Below are positions 25,901 to 38,179 of a stretch of DNA of 64,000 nucleotides, piece after piece. Made by a program: the position numbers and the translations under genes. The DNA lies in contig NW_027139559.1 of NCBI RefSeq assembly GCF_035084215.1, positions 2,480,001 to 2,544,000 on the forward strand, given 5' to 3'. Origin of the DNA: Heptranchias perlo. Its lineage: Eukaryota. The notes under the pieces were generated by a model. It was not told the origin of the DNA, ran no database searches, and saw only the letters and a program-made list of their open reading frames with translations. Positions within the stretch are counted from its first letter, which is position 1. The number at the start of each line of letters is the position of its first letter.

Positions 25901-27335
25901 TCAGGACTATGAGGGGAGAGGGCATCAGTGGGATTAGACTGGGGTTGATTCAGGACTATGAGGAGAGAGGTGGTCAGTTTGATTATTCTGTTTTTGAAGC
26001 AGGACTACGAGGTGAGAGGTGGTCATTGGGACTGGTTTCGGATTGATTGAGGACTATGGGGAGAGAAGTGGTCAGTGGGATTAGTCTGGGATTGATGCAG
26101 GACTATGAGGAGAGAGGGGCTCACTGGGACAGTCTGTGATTGATTCAGGGCCATGGGGACAGAAAGTTTCAGTGGGTTTAGTCTCGGATTGAATCAGGAC
26201 TATGAAGAGATAGGGGGTCAATTGGATTAGTCTCGATTTCATTCAGGATTAGGGGAGAGAGGAGATCAGTGGGATTAATCTAGGATTGATTCAGGACTAT
26301 GAGGAGAGCGGGGTCAGTGGAATTAGTCTGGGATTGATTCAGAAGTATGAGGAAAGGGGGGGTCAGTGAGATGAGTCTGGGATTGATTCAGGACTATGAG
26401 GAGAGAGTGGGTCAGTGTGGTTATCTAGCATTGATTCAGGACGATGTGAAGAGAGGTGGTTCGTGGGATTAGTCTAGGATTGATTCAGGACTATGAGGAT
26501 AGAGGGGGTCAGTGGGATTAATCTGGGATTGATGCAGGACTTTTCGGAGAGAGGGTATCAGTGGGATTAGTCTGGGATTGATGCAGGACTATGAGGAGAG
26601 AGGAGCTCAGTGGGACAGTCTGTGATTGATGCAGGACTTTTGGGAGAGAGGGTGTCAGTGGGATTAGTCTGTGATTGATGCAGGACTATGAGGAGAGAGG
26701 GGCTCACTGGGACAGTCTGTGATTGATGCACGACTATGAGGAGAGAGGGGGGCAGTGGGATTAGTCTGGGATTGATTCAGGACGATGAGGAGAGTGGCCG
26801 TCATTCGGATTAGTCTGTGATTGATTCACGACGATGAGGAGAGAGTGGGTCAGTGGGATTAGTCTGGGATTGTTGCAGGACTATGGGCAGACAGTGGGGC
26901 ATTGGGATTAGTTTGGACTTGTTGCAGGACTATGAGGAGAGAGCGGGGCAGTTGGATTAATTTGGGTTTGATTCAGGACTATGGGGAGAGGGCGACGCAG
27001 TGGGATTAGTTTGGGATGGATGCAGGACTATGGGGTGACAGTGGGCGAATGGGATGAGTTTGGGATTGATTCAGGACTGGGGGGAGACAGCGGGCAAGTG
27101 TGTTTACTTTGGGATTGATGCAGGACTGCGGGGAGACAGCGGGCCAGTGGGGTTAGTTTGGGATTGATGCAGGAATATGGGGAGACAGTGGGCCCGTGGG
27201 ATTATTTTGGGATTGATGCAGGACTATGGGGAGACAGCGGGCAAGTGTGGCGAGTTTGGGATTGATGCAGGAATATGGGGAGACAGTGGACCAGTGGGAT
27301 TAGTTTCAGATTGTTGCAGGAATATGGGGAGAGAG
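22620..27335. repeat. ~49-bp G-rich satellite, about 95 copies
   Basis: Consensus cagtgggattagtctgggattgattcaggactatgaggagagagggggt, with units starting at 24852, 24901 and 24950. Confidence 0.97.
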
Positions 27336-27819
27336 GGGGCCGACGCAGTTTCTTTGTGTATGTCGGTAATCGAAGCAAAATTTCTGTTACCGGTCAATGA
27401 TACCGATTAAGTGAAAAAGAATTGAAAGGCAAGTCGCTTTTTAAAAAATTGAATGTATAAATGCTTTTCACTGTAGAGAATAACAGAAATAACATCTCTG
27501 GGCAGCGCCGTGTGTCGGTACACGTCGACAATAATTAATGGTTTCTCAGTAAGTTTCCTGTTTTGTTGGACTCTGTGTCGCCATGGAAATCGTTCACCAA
27601 CGTTATCATCAGCATTTCGTTTTCCTGAGCTGCTTCCGCTGCTTGATCAAGAAGTCTCAGTAACAAAAAAGGGAGCGATTAATCTTTCTCATCAAATCGC
27701 TGACATTTTACTGCCACAATGTGTACGATAACAGTGGGTCAGAAAAAAATCATCAAATCGCTTCTCAGAATTGTGGACGATGTCAATTTAACTACATATT
27801 TTTACAAAAAAGATTTGTA

Positions 27820-28180
27820 CTATATCTATCCCGCTATCCCCAATAAATTCCATTGCTGCAACCCGCACTGTCCGGATTTTCCTTTCTTGAAACATTACTC
27901 CCCTGTCGAGTTCACTGCTTTTACTCAGCCCGGGGTGTGCTCTACACTGGGGAGACCAAACGCACATCAGGTCACTGCTTTTACTCAGCCCGGGGTGTGC
28001 TCCACACTGGGGAGACCAAACGAACATCAGGCCACTGCTTTTACTCAGCCCACGGTGTGCTCCACACTGAGGAGACCAAACGCACATCAGGTCACTGCAT
28101 TGCCCAACACATTCGTTCTGTCCTCCATTGTCACAAGGACTGCTACGTTTTTCAACACATTCACCACCCTGTACCATATA
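27820..28180 (+). mobile_element. Penelope-like GIY-YIG endonuclease remnant containing a 60-bp triplication (27911-28100)
   Basis: One frame reads (HCFYSARGVLYTGETKRTSG)x3 followed by HCIAQHIRSV, resembling the PLE motif 'C..C..LYIGETKR.L..R..EH.RSV'. Confidence 0.65.
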
Positions 28181-28359
28181 TTAGTGAATACACAAAGACA
28201 GAACTGTCCAAAATTATAGTTTAAACATAATATTCAATGTAAACCAGACGGCAGGAGATCTTAACACGGCCTGAACCTGGAAGTGTATTTAATCGTTTGT
28301 GTTTTAACAATCTGGATAATTGCCTCCCATTCGGATCAATGAAACTTCTATTATATTGA

Positions 28360-28620
28360 TTATTAATTCTTATTATTGTTATTAATATTACTACTGTTAT
28401 TGTTATTATTACTGTCCTTACTATGGGGAGACAGCGGGCAAGTGTGGCGAGTGGATGACCACACATTTGTCATTATTGTTATTACTATTATTATCATTGC
28501 TGTTACTATTACTGTTATTACTAATATTATCATTATTTTTATTATTACTGTTAATACTATAATTAATATTAATGTTATTATTACTGTTATTACAATTACT
28601 TTGTTTACTATTATTGCTGC
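28360..28620. repeat. Degenerate (ATT)n low-complexity tract
   Basis: Run of att/act/gtt triplets. Confidence 0.9.
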
Positions 28621-29149
28621 ACAACACCAGGCCACAAGACGGCAAAGCCTGCAGCCAAACGGTGACCGTCGCTCCACGGGCGATGTGATGAGATTTGAAA
28701 CTTTACAGAATCACATTTCACAATTCCGTGCGGTAACGTTGTGATCACTTATTCAGCGCACGAACATGTATGAAAGTTTCTTACCGTGTTCTATATTTTC
28801 CGGGACTGTACTCACTTATCATTCACGGCTACCCGGCCTGTGCTGCCTTGGTTGGAGTGACAGTGGAACCGTTCCAATTGGCCTCTGAGCTTTTTGCCTG
28901 CGGAGCACAACCCGCTCTTTGCTTCCTGCTGTCTCCGCGACCCTGCGACTCCAGTTAATAAAAAGATTGAAGCGCCCCTGGCGGATGAAAAGGTTATTCA
29001 CCCTTATCCCTCCAATCAGGCATGAAGAATAGGCACTTCGTGATGACCTGGAACCTGTCAGTGTTTGAGGAAACGGAACCCAGCGAGGCCTGTTACCTTC
29101 AGCCGAAGGAGGATGAAAGTGAAGGCGGCGTTTGATAGGAGCAAGCGAT

Positions 29150-29590
29150 ATTACAGAGTATTACATAGGATTTACAGCACAGAAACCGGCCATTTGGCCC
29201 GATAGGCCTATGTCGTTGTTTACGTTCCACACGGGCATCCTCCCAATTATTTCATCTCATCCTATCATCATATCCTTCTATTTCTTTCTCCCTCATGTAC
29301 TTATCTAGCTTCCACTTAAATGCATCTGTACTATTCGCCTCAACCATTCCATGTGGTAGCGAGTTCCATATTCTGATCATGATCTGGCTAAAGTAGATTC
29401 TCCTGAATTCCCTGTTGGATTTATTGGTGACTATCTTTTTTATATGGCCCATAATTTGAACAGTTTTGGACTCCACCACAAGTGGAAACCTATTTTCTAC
29501 ATCTGCCCGAGAGAACCACTCCCTAATTTTAAAGACCTCTGTCAGGTCACCCTTCTCTTTTCGAGAGAAAATAGCCACAGCCTGTTTCAT
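29150..29590 (-). mobile_element. CR1 3' fragment
   Basis: ORF 29252-29590 reads GDLTEVFKI...IWNSLP...FKWKLDKYM. Confidence 0.85.
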
Positions 29591-29976
29591 TTTGATGTAA
29601 GATGGCTGTCCACAAACATAACTGAGAGTTTCAACAGATGCCTTCAGTGACAGTAGATTATAAAAGGAGGATTAATAAAACAAATAATTCAATGATTTCC
29701 AGCTTATTCAATATTAACAAATTTAGGGCACAATTCAAAGGCGATTGTTATGGCCCAGAAACCCGACTTTAATGAAAGGAAAGAAGGATGTTTGTGTCTA
29801 AATAACAATTTGCTACGCCCTCTGCGCACTTCATAACTAATGTGTATTTTTTTTGCTTTAGATACAGAATGCTGTTTGATCACACCCATCAGTGAATGGT
29901 CTGTTAATATGATCGCGGTGGCGTTAGTCGAGGGAGAATGATAGCTGGCACAGAGCTCAATCACTTTCTCTCCTTT

Positions 29977-30448
29977 AAATAGAGCAATAGGTTCTCAATG
30001 GATTGATAGGATCTCAATAGAGCAATAAGATCTCAATAAAGTGATAGGATCTCAAAAGATTGATAGGATCTCAATAGTGATAGGATCTCAGTTGATTCAT
30101 AGGATCTCAATAGAGTGATAGTATCACAATAGAGCGAAAGGATCTCAATAGAGTGACAGAATCTCAAGTGGAGCGGTAGGACCTCAATAGGGTGATCGGG
30201 TTTCAATAGACTGAAAGGATCAAAATAGAATGATACGATCTCGACAGAGAGATAGGATCTCCATAGAGTGATAGGATCTCAACGGAGTGATACGATCTCA
30301 ATAGAGAGATAGGATCTCGTTAGAGAGATAGGATCTCAATAGAGTTTTAGGATCTAAATAGAATGCTATGATCTCGACAGAGATAGGATCTCCATAGAGT
30401 GATAGGATCTCAACAGAGAGATCGGATCTCAATAGAGAGATAGGACCT
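29977..30448. repeat. 19-bp minisatellite (ataggatctcaatagagtg)n, about 24 copies
   Basis: Direct tandem repetition of the unit. Confidence 0.93.
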
Positions 30449-30504
30449 ACCCGATAACACTTTTGACCAGTTTGCTGTCGTCAGTCCCTGTCTCATTTAA
30501 TTAA

Positions 30505-30703
30505 GATGTGGAGATGCCGGTGATGGACTGGGGTGGACAAATGTAAGGAATCTTACAACACCAGGTTATAGTCCAACAAATTTATTTTAAAATCACAAGC
30601 TTTCGGAGATTATCCCCTTCATCTGACGAAGGGGATAATCTCCGAAAGCTTGTGATTTTAAAATAAATTTGTTGGACTATAACCTGGTGTTGTAAGATTC
30701 CTT
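30505..30703. mobile_element. Short Penelope-type inverted pseudo-LTR insertion with perfect 76-bp arms and a 12-bp TSD
   Basis: Arms 30545-30620 and 30628-30703 are exact reverse complements around a 7-nt loop. The sequence tcatttaattaa is duplicated at 30493-30504 and 30703-30714. Confidence 0.85.
30619..30655 (+). ncRNA. Minimal type-I hammerhead ribozyme motif
   Basis: TCAT-CTGACGA-A-GGGGA(TAA)TCTCC-GAAA-GC-TT-GTGA: stem I, the CUGANGA box, stem II, the GAAA box, a palindromic AGCT stem III and a UH site. Confidence 0.7.
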
Positions 30704-31049
30704 CATTTAATTAAAGTTACCTTACCATAATTTAAAATCTTAGTAACTGTTACGTTTCTCCGTTTCAATCCTAACATTGAATTCGATCATATTATGACCA
30801 CTGACAGAAAATGTTCACTTACTGTTGGATTTTCAAGTCTGTCTGGCGCTTTATTCATTATTAATCTAGTCTGACCTGGCCTATTGTTGGTGCGATAATA
30901 TTTGGCTATAGAAAGTTATCTTGAATGCACTCAAGAAATTCACTTCCTGTCTGACTTGATCTACTCGGCTCTTCCCAATCTAAAAGAAAATGAAAGTCTC
31001 CCAGTAAAACATCTCTGCTTTTGTTACAAGCCTCTCTAGTCGCTGAATT

Positions 31050-34000
31050 ACATGGAATTAGACAGGATTTACAGTGCAGAAACAGAACATTCGGCCCAAC
31101 ATGTCCAAACCTGTGTTTATGATCCACACGAGCTCTACCCTTCTTCATCTGACCCCATCAACATATCCTTATATTCCTTTCTCCATCGTGTGTTTATCCA
31201 GCTTCGCCTTAAATACGTATTTGCTACTCGACTCAATTGTTCCTTGTGGAAGCGAGTTCCACATTCTAACCACTCCCAGGGTAAAGATGTTTCCCCGGAA
31301 TTCCCTACTGGGCTTATTGGTGACTATCTTATGTTGATGGCCCCGATTTCAGGTCTCCCCCGCAAGGGGAAACATCTTCTGTTCGTCGACCCTACCAAGC
31401 ACTTTCATGATCATAAAGACTACTTTCGGTCACATTCAGTCTTGTCCTTTGAAGATAAGAGAGCCTCAGCCTGTTCAGTCTTTCTGAATAGGTATAAACT
31501 CTCAGTTCCGGTATCATCCAAGTAAATATTTTTTGCAACTTCACCATTGCCTCGATATCCATTTTATAATATGCAGACAAGAACTGTTCACAGTACTACA
31601 AGCGTGGTCTAACAAAGGTTTTATTCAAGTTTAAAACAACTTCCTTGATTTACAATTCTATCCTTTTAGAAATGAACACAGGAACATAGGAAGAAAGGAA
31701 TAGGATTCGGCCATTTAACCACTCGGGCCTGTTCCGCCATTCAATGAGATCATGGCTGTTCTGTGAACCATCTCGATATGCCCGCCTTAATCCCATATCC
31801 GTTATAACCTTTGGTTAAAAAAAAATCTCTCACTCTCAGATTTAAAATGAACAATCGAACAAGCATTAACTCCCGTTTGTGAAAGTTCCAAAATTTAACC
31901 ACCCTTTACGTGAGGAAGTGTTTCCGAACTTCAATCCTGAAATCCAGGCTCTATTTTTTAGGAACATAGGAACACAGGAACATAAGTAGATCATTCAGCC
32001 CCACGTGCCTGCTCCGCCATTTGATAAGATCATGGCTGATCTGTGATCGAGCTCCATATACCTGCCTTTGGCCCATATCCCTTAATACCGTTGGTTGCCA
32101 AAAAGCTATCTGTCTCACTTTTAAATTTACCAATTGAGTTGGTACCAATTGCCGTTTTGCAGAAGAGAGTTCCAAAGTTCTAGCACCCTTTGTTTGTAGA
32201 AATGTTTTGTAATCTCACTCCGAAAAGGTCTGGCTCTAATTTTTAGACTGTGCCGCCCTCCTCCGAGAATCCCCAACCAGCGGAAATAGTTTATCGACAT
32301 CCTCCATATCCGTTCCCCTTAACATCCAATAAAAGTCGATCAGATCACGCCTTAACCTTCTAAACTGTAGGGAATACATCCCCAATTTGTGTAATCTCTC
32401 CTCGTAACTTAACCCTTGAAGTCCGGGTATCATTCCAGTAAACCTACGCTGCAATCCCTCCAAGGCCAATATGTCCTTCCGAAGGTGCGGTGCCCAGAAC
32501 TGCTCACAATACTCCAGGTGCGGTCTAACCAGGGTCTTGTATCGCTGCAGCATAACTTCTGCCCCCTTGTACTCCAGTTCTCTTGATATAAAGGCCAGCA
32601 TTCTATTAGCCTTCTTGATTACTTTCTGCACCTGTTCATGTCACTTCAATGATCGATGCACCTGAACCGCTGAGTCCCCTTGGACATCCACTGTTTTAAA
32701 TTATTTTACCATTTAGAAAGTACCCTGTTCTCTCATTTTTTTGATCCAAAGTGGATGACCTCACATTTGTCGACATTGAATTTCATTTGCCACAGTTTTG
32801 CACATTCAGCAAATCTATCAATATCGCTTTGTTATGTTATGTTTTCATCTACACTGCTTGCAATGCCACCAATCTTTGTGTACTTTGGCAAACGTAGATA
32901 TGAGACGTTCTAAACCTTCATCTAAGTCGTTAATAAATATTGTGAATAATTGAGGCCCCAAGACAGATCCCTGCGGGACTCCACTAGTCACATCCTGCCA
33001 ATGTGATTACTTATCCATTATCCCTACTCTCTGTCGCCTTTCGCTCAGCCAATTTCTGAACCAAGCCCGTACTTTTCCCTCGATTCCATGGGCTTCTAAC
33101 TTAGCTAACAGTCTCTTATGTGGGACCTTATTAAATGCCTTCTGGAAGTCCATATAAATAACATCCATTGACATTCCCCGTTCCACTACTTTAGTCACCT
33201 CTTCAAAAAATTCAATCAGGTTTGTCAGGCACGACACACCTTTCATAAATCCATGCTGGCTCTCCATGATTAACTGAAATTCTCGAGGTGTTCAGTCACG
33301 CTATCATTAATTATAGACTACAGCAATTTCCCCACAACAGATGCTAGGCTAACTGGTCTATAATTCCCCGGTTTCCCTCTCTCTCCTTTCTTAAAAAGCG
33401 GAGTGATATGTACAATTTTCCAATCCAGAGGGACAGTTCCTGAATCTGGAGAACTTTGAAAGATTATAGTTAGAGCATCCGCAATGTGCTCACTTACTTC
33501 CTTTAAAACCCTGGGATGGAAACCATCTGGTCCTGGGAATTTCTCACCCTTTAGTGGTGTTATTTTCTTCATTGCTGTTGTTTTACTTATGTTAATTTTA
33601 TCGAGTCCCTGTCCCCGATTCAATATTAGTTTACTTGCGATATGCGGCATCATATCCTCTTTTTCTACTGTAAATACTGACGCAAAGTCCGCCATTTCCA
33701 CATTGTCATTGACAATATCCTCACTTTCAGTTTTTAAGGGGTCAACACTGCTCCTGTCCACCCTCTTTTTCCTAATATAACCATAAAAGTTATTTGTATT
33801 GGTTTTGATATCCCTTGCAAGTTTCTTTTCAACTCTCTTTTTGTAGCTCTTACTATCTGTTTTGTGACCCTTTGTTGATCTTTGTATCTTTCCCATTCTC
33901 CAGGAACTGTGCCATTTTTTTTGCCTATTGTATGCCCTTTCCTTACATCTTATACTGTCACGTACCTCTTTAGTTGTCCATGACTGTTTTTTTTTGGCAA

Positions 34001-34450
34001 GTAGAGTTCTTGCCCCTCAGAGGTATAGACCCGTTCTTTATCTCGTTAAATGTTTCTTTAAACATTTTTCACTGATCATCAGTCGTTTTACCCATTAGCA
34101 GATTAGCCCAGTTTACTGTGGACAGTCTCTGTTTCATCACATTGAAGTCAGCCTTACCCAAGTCTAGAATCTTATCAGCCGACTCAACTTTTTCCCTTTC
34201 AAACATTACATTGAACTCGATCATGTTATGGTCGCTGTTGGATAGATGTTCGCGTAGAGTTAAGCCGTTATTAAATCCACTTTATTATTCATTACTAAAT
34301 CTAGCATGGCTTGACCCCTTGTTGCCTTTAGGACATACTGCTGTAGAAAACTATCCAGGACACAATCAAGAAATTCACTACCTTTCCGACAGTTGCTAGT
34401 CTATTTTCCCAATCTATGTGAAGGTTAAAGTCCCCCATTAAGTCCATTAT
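31050..34450 (-). mobile_element. Stacked CR1 fragments (31050-31680, 31680-31955, and a long copy at 31960-34450)
   Basis: ORFs 32236-32631, 33007-33267 and 33318-33896 carry LEYCEQFWAP, SCLTNLIEFFE, PGPDGFHP and GNYRPVSL. Confidence 0.9.
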
Positions 34451-34479
34451 GCCATATTATCTGAGGAATGAGAGAGGCT

Positions 34480-36210
34480 AAGACTGTATTTGAAGCGATC
34501 TATAGGCCTGCAGATAGCAGCAGTGAAGTGACACAGGGATATGGGGGTACAGATACACAAATCACTAAAAGTATCGATGCAGGTTAACAACGCCATATCA
34601 AAGCATCAAAGCAATTAAATAGCTGGATGTGAGTAGGCAGTGCAGAATTTACGGATGTAAAAATGCGGATATTGGACAAGCATGTTGCAAAGACAGATTG
34701 GTTTAATTGGGGGATTTTAACTTTCATATAGATTGGGATAAGCAGACGAGCTCGTGTCAGAAAGCACCGAATGTCTTCAGTGTGTTCAAAACAGCTTTCT
34801 TTACTAATATTTCCTGGAACCAACAAGGGGACAGGACATATCAGCTGTAATAATTATTAAAGTGCCAGACTTAGTTAACAGCCGAAACGTACGTGAATAT
34901 TTATCTAATACCAATCATAATATGATCGAGTTCAACGTTGCGTTTGAAAGGGAGAAACCCGTAACAGCTGCTGAGATTCTAAGTCTAGGTCAGGCCGAAC
35001 TTAACGAGATGAGACAGACAATGTCCAAATTAAACTGAGCAAATCTGTTAATGGGTAAAGATAAAGATGATCAGTGGGAGGTGTAAAAAAAAAAGAATTT
35101 AACGTGATACTGAACCAATTTATACTCTTAAGGGGCGAGAGTTCAACTTGCCAAAAAAAACATGGGCGACAAAAGAGGTAAGGGACAACATGAAAATAAA
35201 AGAAAAAGCAGACAAAAAAGCAAAAAATAGCACGGATCCTGGCGAATGGGACAGATACAAAGAAGAGAAAAGGATGACAAAACAGATAGTAAGAGCCACA
35301 AGAAGGGTCCATGAAAAGAATCTTGCAAGGGATATCTAAATCAACAGCAAAAATGTTTACAATTATAATAGGAAAACGAGGGTGAACAAGAGCAATGTGG
35401 GCCCCTTAAAAACTGATACATTGTAATTGAAAATAAAGAAATGACGTGATGTTAAACCATTACATTGCGTCACCATTTACAGTGGAGGAAGAGGAGAGCA
35501 ACCCAAGGGAATTAATTTTGCATCAGGGACGGGGACGAGCAAATTAACAGCAATGAAGAAAATAATGACACGAAAGAGTGAAAAATCGCCAGGACCAAAA
35601 GATTTCCATCTGAGGGTTTAAATGAAGTAGGTGAGAACATTGCAGATGCCCTAACTATAATCTTCCGAAGTTCTTGATTGGAAAATCGCACATGTTATTC
35701 CGCTATTTATGGAAGGTGAGAGATGGAAACCGGGGAATTATACACCAGTTCGCCTAATGTTTCTTGTCGTGAAATTACAATACTCTATATTTAAGGATAG
35801 AGCAACTGAACACGTTAAAACATTTCAGCTGATCAGAGAGACACAGTATCGATTAGTAACGGGTAAGTCACGCCTGACAAATCTGATTTTTTTCAAGAGG
35901 TGACTAAAGTGATGGACAGTTGACTGTCTATGGATGTTGTTTATATGAACTTCCAGAAGGCATTGGATAAAGTCCATTATAAGAGACTGTTAGCTAAAGT
36001 TGGAGCTCATGAAATTTAGCGCAATTTATTGACCTGGTTACAAAATTGGGTGAGCGGCAGCAGACAGAGAGTAAGGATAATATGCAGGTGCTCAAATTGG
36101 CACGATATGGTTAATGGTGTCCCACAGGGATCATTTGTTAAGGATTTAAATGACGGGATACAGAGCCACATATCCAAATTTGCCGATGGCGAAAAGATAG
36201 GCAGCATTGT
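34480..36210 (+). mobile_element. Decayed CR1 ORF2 (endonuclease end to RT)
   Basis: Motifs GDFN, PGNYTPV.L, GVPQGS and KFAD. Confidence 0.85.
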
Positions 36211-36212
36211 AG

Positions 36213-36330
36213 GCAGTACTGCACTGAAGTATCAGCCTCGATTATCTGCTCGAATCTCTGGATTGCGGTTTGACACAATAACCGTCTGGCTCAGAATCGA
36301 GAATTCAACCGCTGAGCCAAGGCTGACAAT
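36213..36330 (-). mobile_element. DeuSINE/SacSINE1-like head fragment
   Basis: The reverse complement resembles the head of the SINE at 1849 (tgtcagccttggctcagcgg...ataatcgaggctgatacttcagtgcagtactg). Confidence 0.6.
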
Positions 36331-36387
36331 TTAATGGAATAAATGTTAAAAGGAGCGAACGGGAGAACAGGACGACAATAGACAGCG

Positions 36388-37549
36388 GACTCATTATCGT
36401 TTTATTTCTTAAATGCTCCTAACAACGCTTGCTGCGTTCCTTTAAGTTGATCACATATTTTTTCTCCAACCAAACCTTTTGAATTCTGTTCTTTTCATCA
36501 CTCGCATTTTGTTCCATTTTGTTACCCAGTAACATTGATAACGTATCCCCTTTTTAACATGTTATTAGCTCAGACCTCTCTGTTTATTCACGCATCTCTT
36601 GGTTTGCAAAACTCAATTGTTTCCTATTGGGAGAATGTTTAAGTTGTACCTCACTCATGTCTTATTGAACCTTTACCAATCTGTGTTCACATTTATCTCC
36701 TGAAAATGCCACCCCAGAGTTTATAACCATTTATTTAATCTTATTTTGTCACAACCTCCCTGATTATCCCTGGAATCTCTGTCTGTGATGTGACTCATTC
36801 AGCCTTTACCCTGTTCTTTATCAATCTGGTATTTAGCCGGCCACACAGCTGGTCCCGTTCAATTTGCTTTCATTCCAGCCGATTAAATGGGGCCCGTTCC
36901 ACTATCAAGCGGGAAACACACCGGCGGAGATTGGCTGGTTAAAGTATCCTGTAACACCCAATGATCCCATCATTCTTTAAAGAAAGGGGGTTTTGAAAAT
37001 AATGATGCTTAACAGGAAATGACCCGCTTGATAGTGGAACTGGCCCCATTTAATCGGCTGGAATGAAAGCAAATTGAACGGGTCCAGCTGTGGGTCCGGC
37101 TAAATACCAGATGGATAAAGAACAGGTTAAAGGCTGAATGGTTCACATCACTGACAGAGATTCCAGGGATAATCAGGGAGGTTGTGACAAAATAAGATTA
37201 AATAAATGGTTATAAACTCTGCGGTGGCATTTTCAGGAGATAAATTTGCACACAGATTGGTAAAGGTTCGATAAGACATAAGTGAGGTACAACTTAAACA
37301 TTCTCCCAATAGGAAACAATTGGGTTTTGCAAACCAAGAGATCCATGAATAAACAGAGAGGTCTGAGCTAATAACATGTTAAAAAGGGGATACGTTATCA
37401 ATGTTACTGGGTGACAAAATGGAACAAAATGCGAGTTATGAAAAGAACAGAATTCAAAAGGTTTGGTTGGAGACAAAAATATGTGATCAACTTAAAGGAA
37501 CGCAGCAAGCGTTGTTAGGAGCATTTAAGAAATAAAACGATAATGAGTC
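36388..37549. repeat. Large inverted repeat: arms 36388-36913 and 37023-37549 with a 109-bp spacer
   Basis: gactcattatcgttttatttc...actatcaagcggg is mirrored by cccgcttgatagt...gaaataaaacgataatgagtc, with scattered mismatches. Confidence 0.95.
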
Positions 37550-37669
37550 TAAGGGAGGTTGTGCATACAGAGTAAAGCAACATCAGAGCGTTTGTATCGG
37601 GAGGGGGAACTGTGACTCTCGCACAGGCGATATGTTGGCAGATCCTCTTTGAGCTCTCACGCAGGCGCA

Positions 37670-38050
37670 GAAGGTTAAGTGGTGATTTGATTGTTTTGTT
37701 TTCGGATTTTGAAAGGAATTGATGCAGTAGATCGAGAGAAACATTTTTCGCTGCTGTAGGAATCTATGACAAGGGGGCATAACCTTAGAATCAGAGTCAG
37801 GTCATTCAGTAGAGAATTTTGGAAAGGGGTGGTCGAAGTGTGGAAATAGCTCGCACTAAAATCAATAGTTACTCGCTTAATTAATAACTTTAAACCTGAG
37901 ATCGATAGATTTTAGCAGCAAAGGATATTAAGGGTTATAGAGCCAAGGCGGGTAAATGGAGTTCGGATACAGATCAGCCCTGATCTCATTGAATGGGGAA
38001 CAGGCTCGAGGGACTGAATGACCTGTTCCTGTTCCTATGTTCATATGTAT
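37670..38050 (+). mobile_element. CR1 3' fragment
   Basis: CR1 ORF2 end and the tail cctgttcctatgttc. Confidence 0.8.
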
Positions 38051-38179
38051 AGATCATGCTGTCTTTGTCACATATTTCCCAGTGTTGTGTTTGGGAAACG
38101 TCGGGAAGCAGAGCCCGCCTGTTGGGGCCCGCTAACCCAATCGAGGAGCACAGGATGGGATATGAGACGGAATACAGTT

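Noticed and set aside
28221-28744. Poly-Ile/Leu/Asn ORFs resembling signal or TM proteins
   Set aside because: They are translations of the (ATT)n tract.
22620-30448. Tandem arrays as CRISPR-like repeats
   Set aside because: The context is eukaryotic, there are no unique spacers and there are no cas genes.
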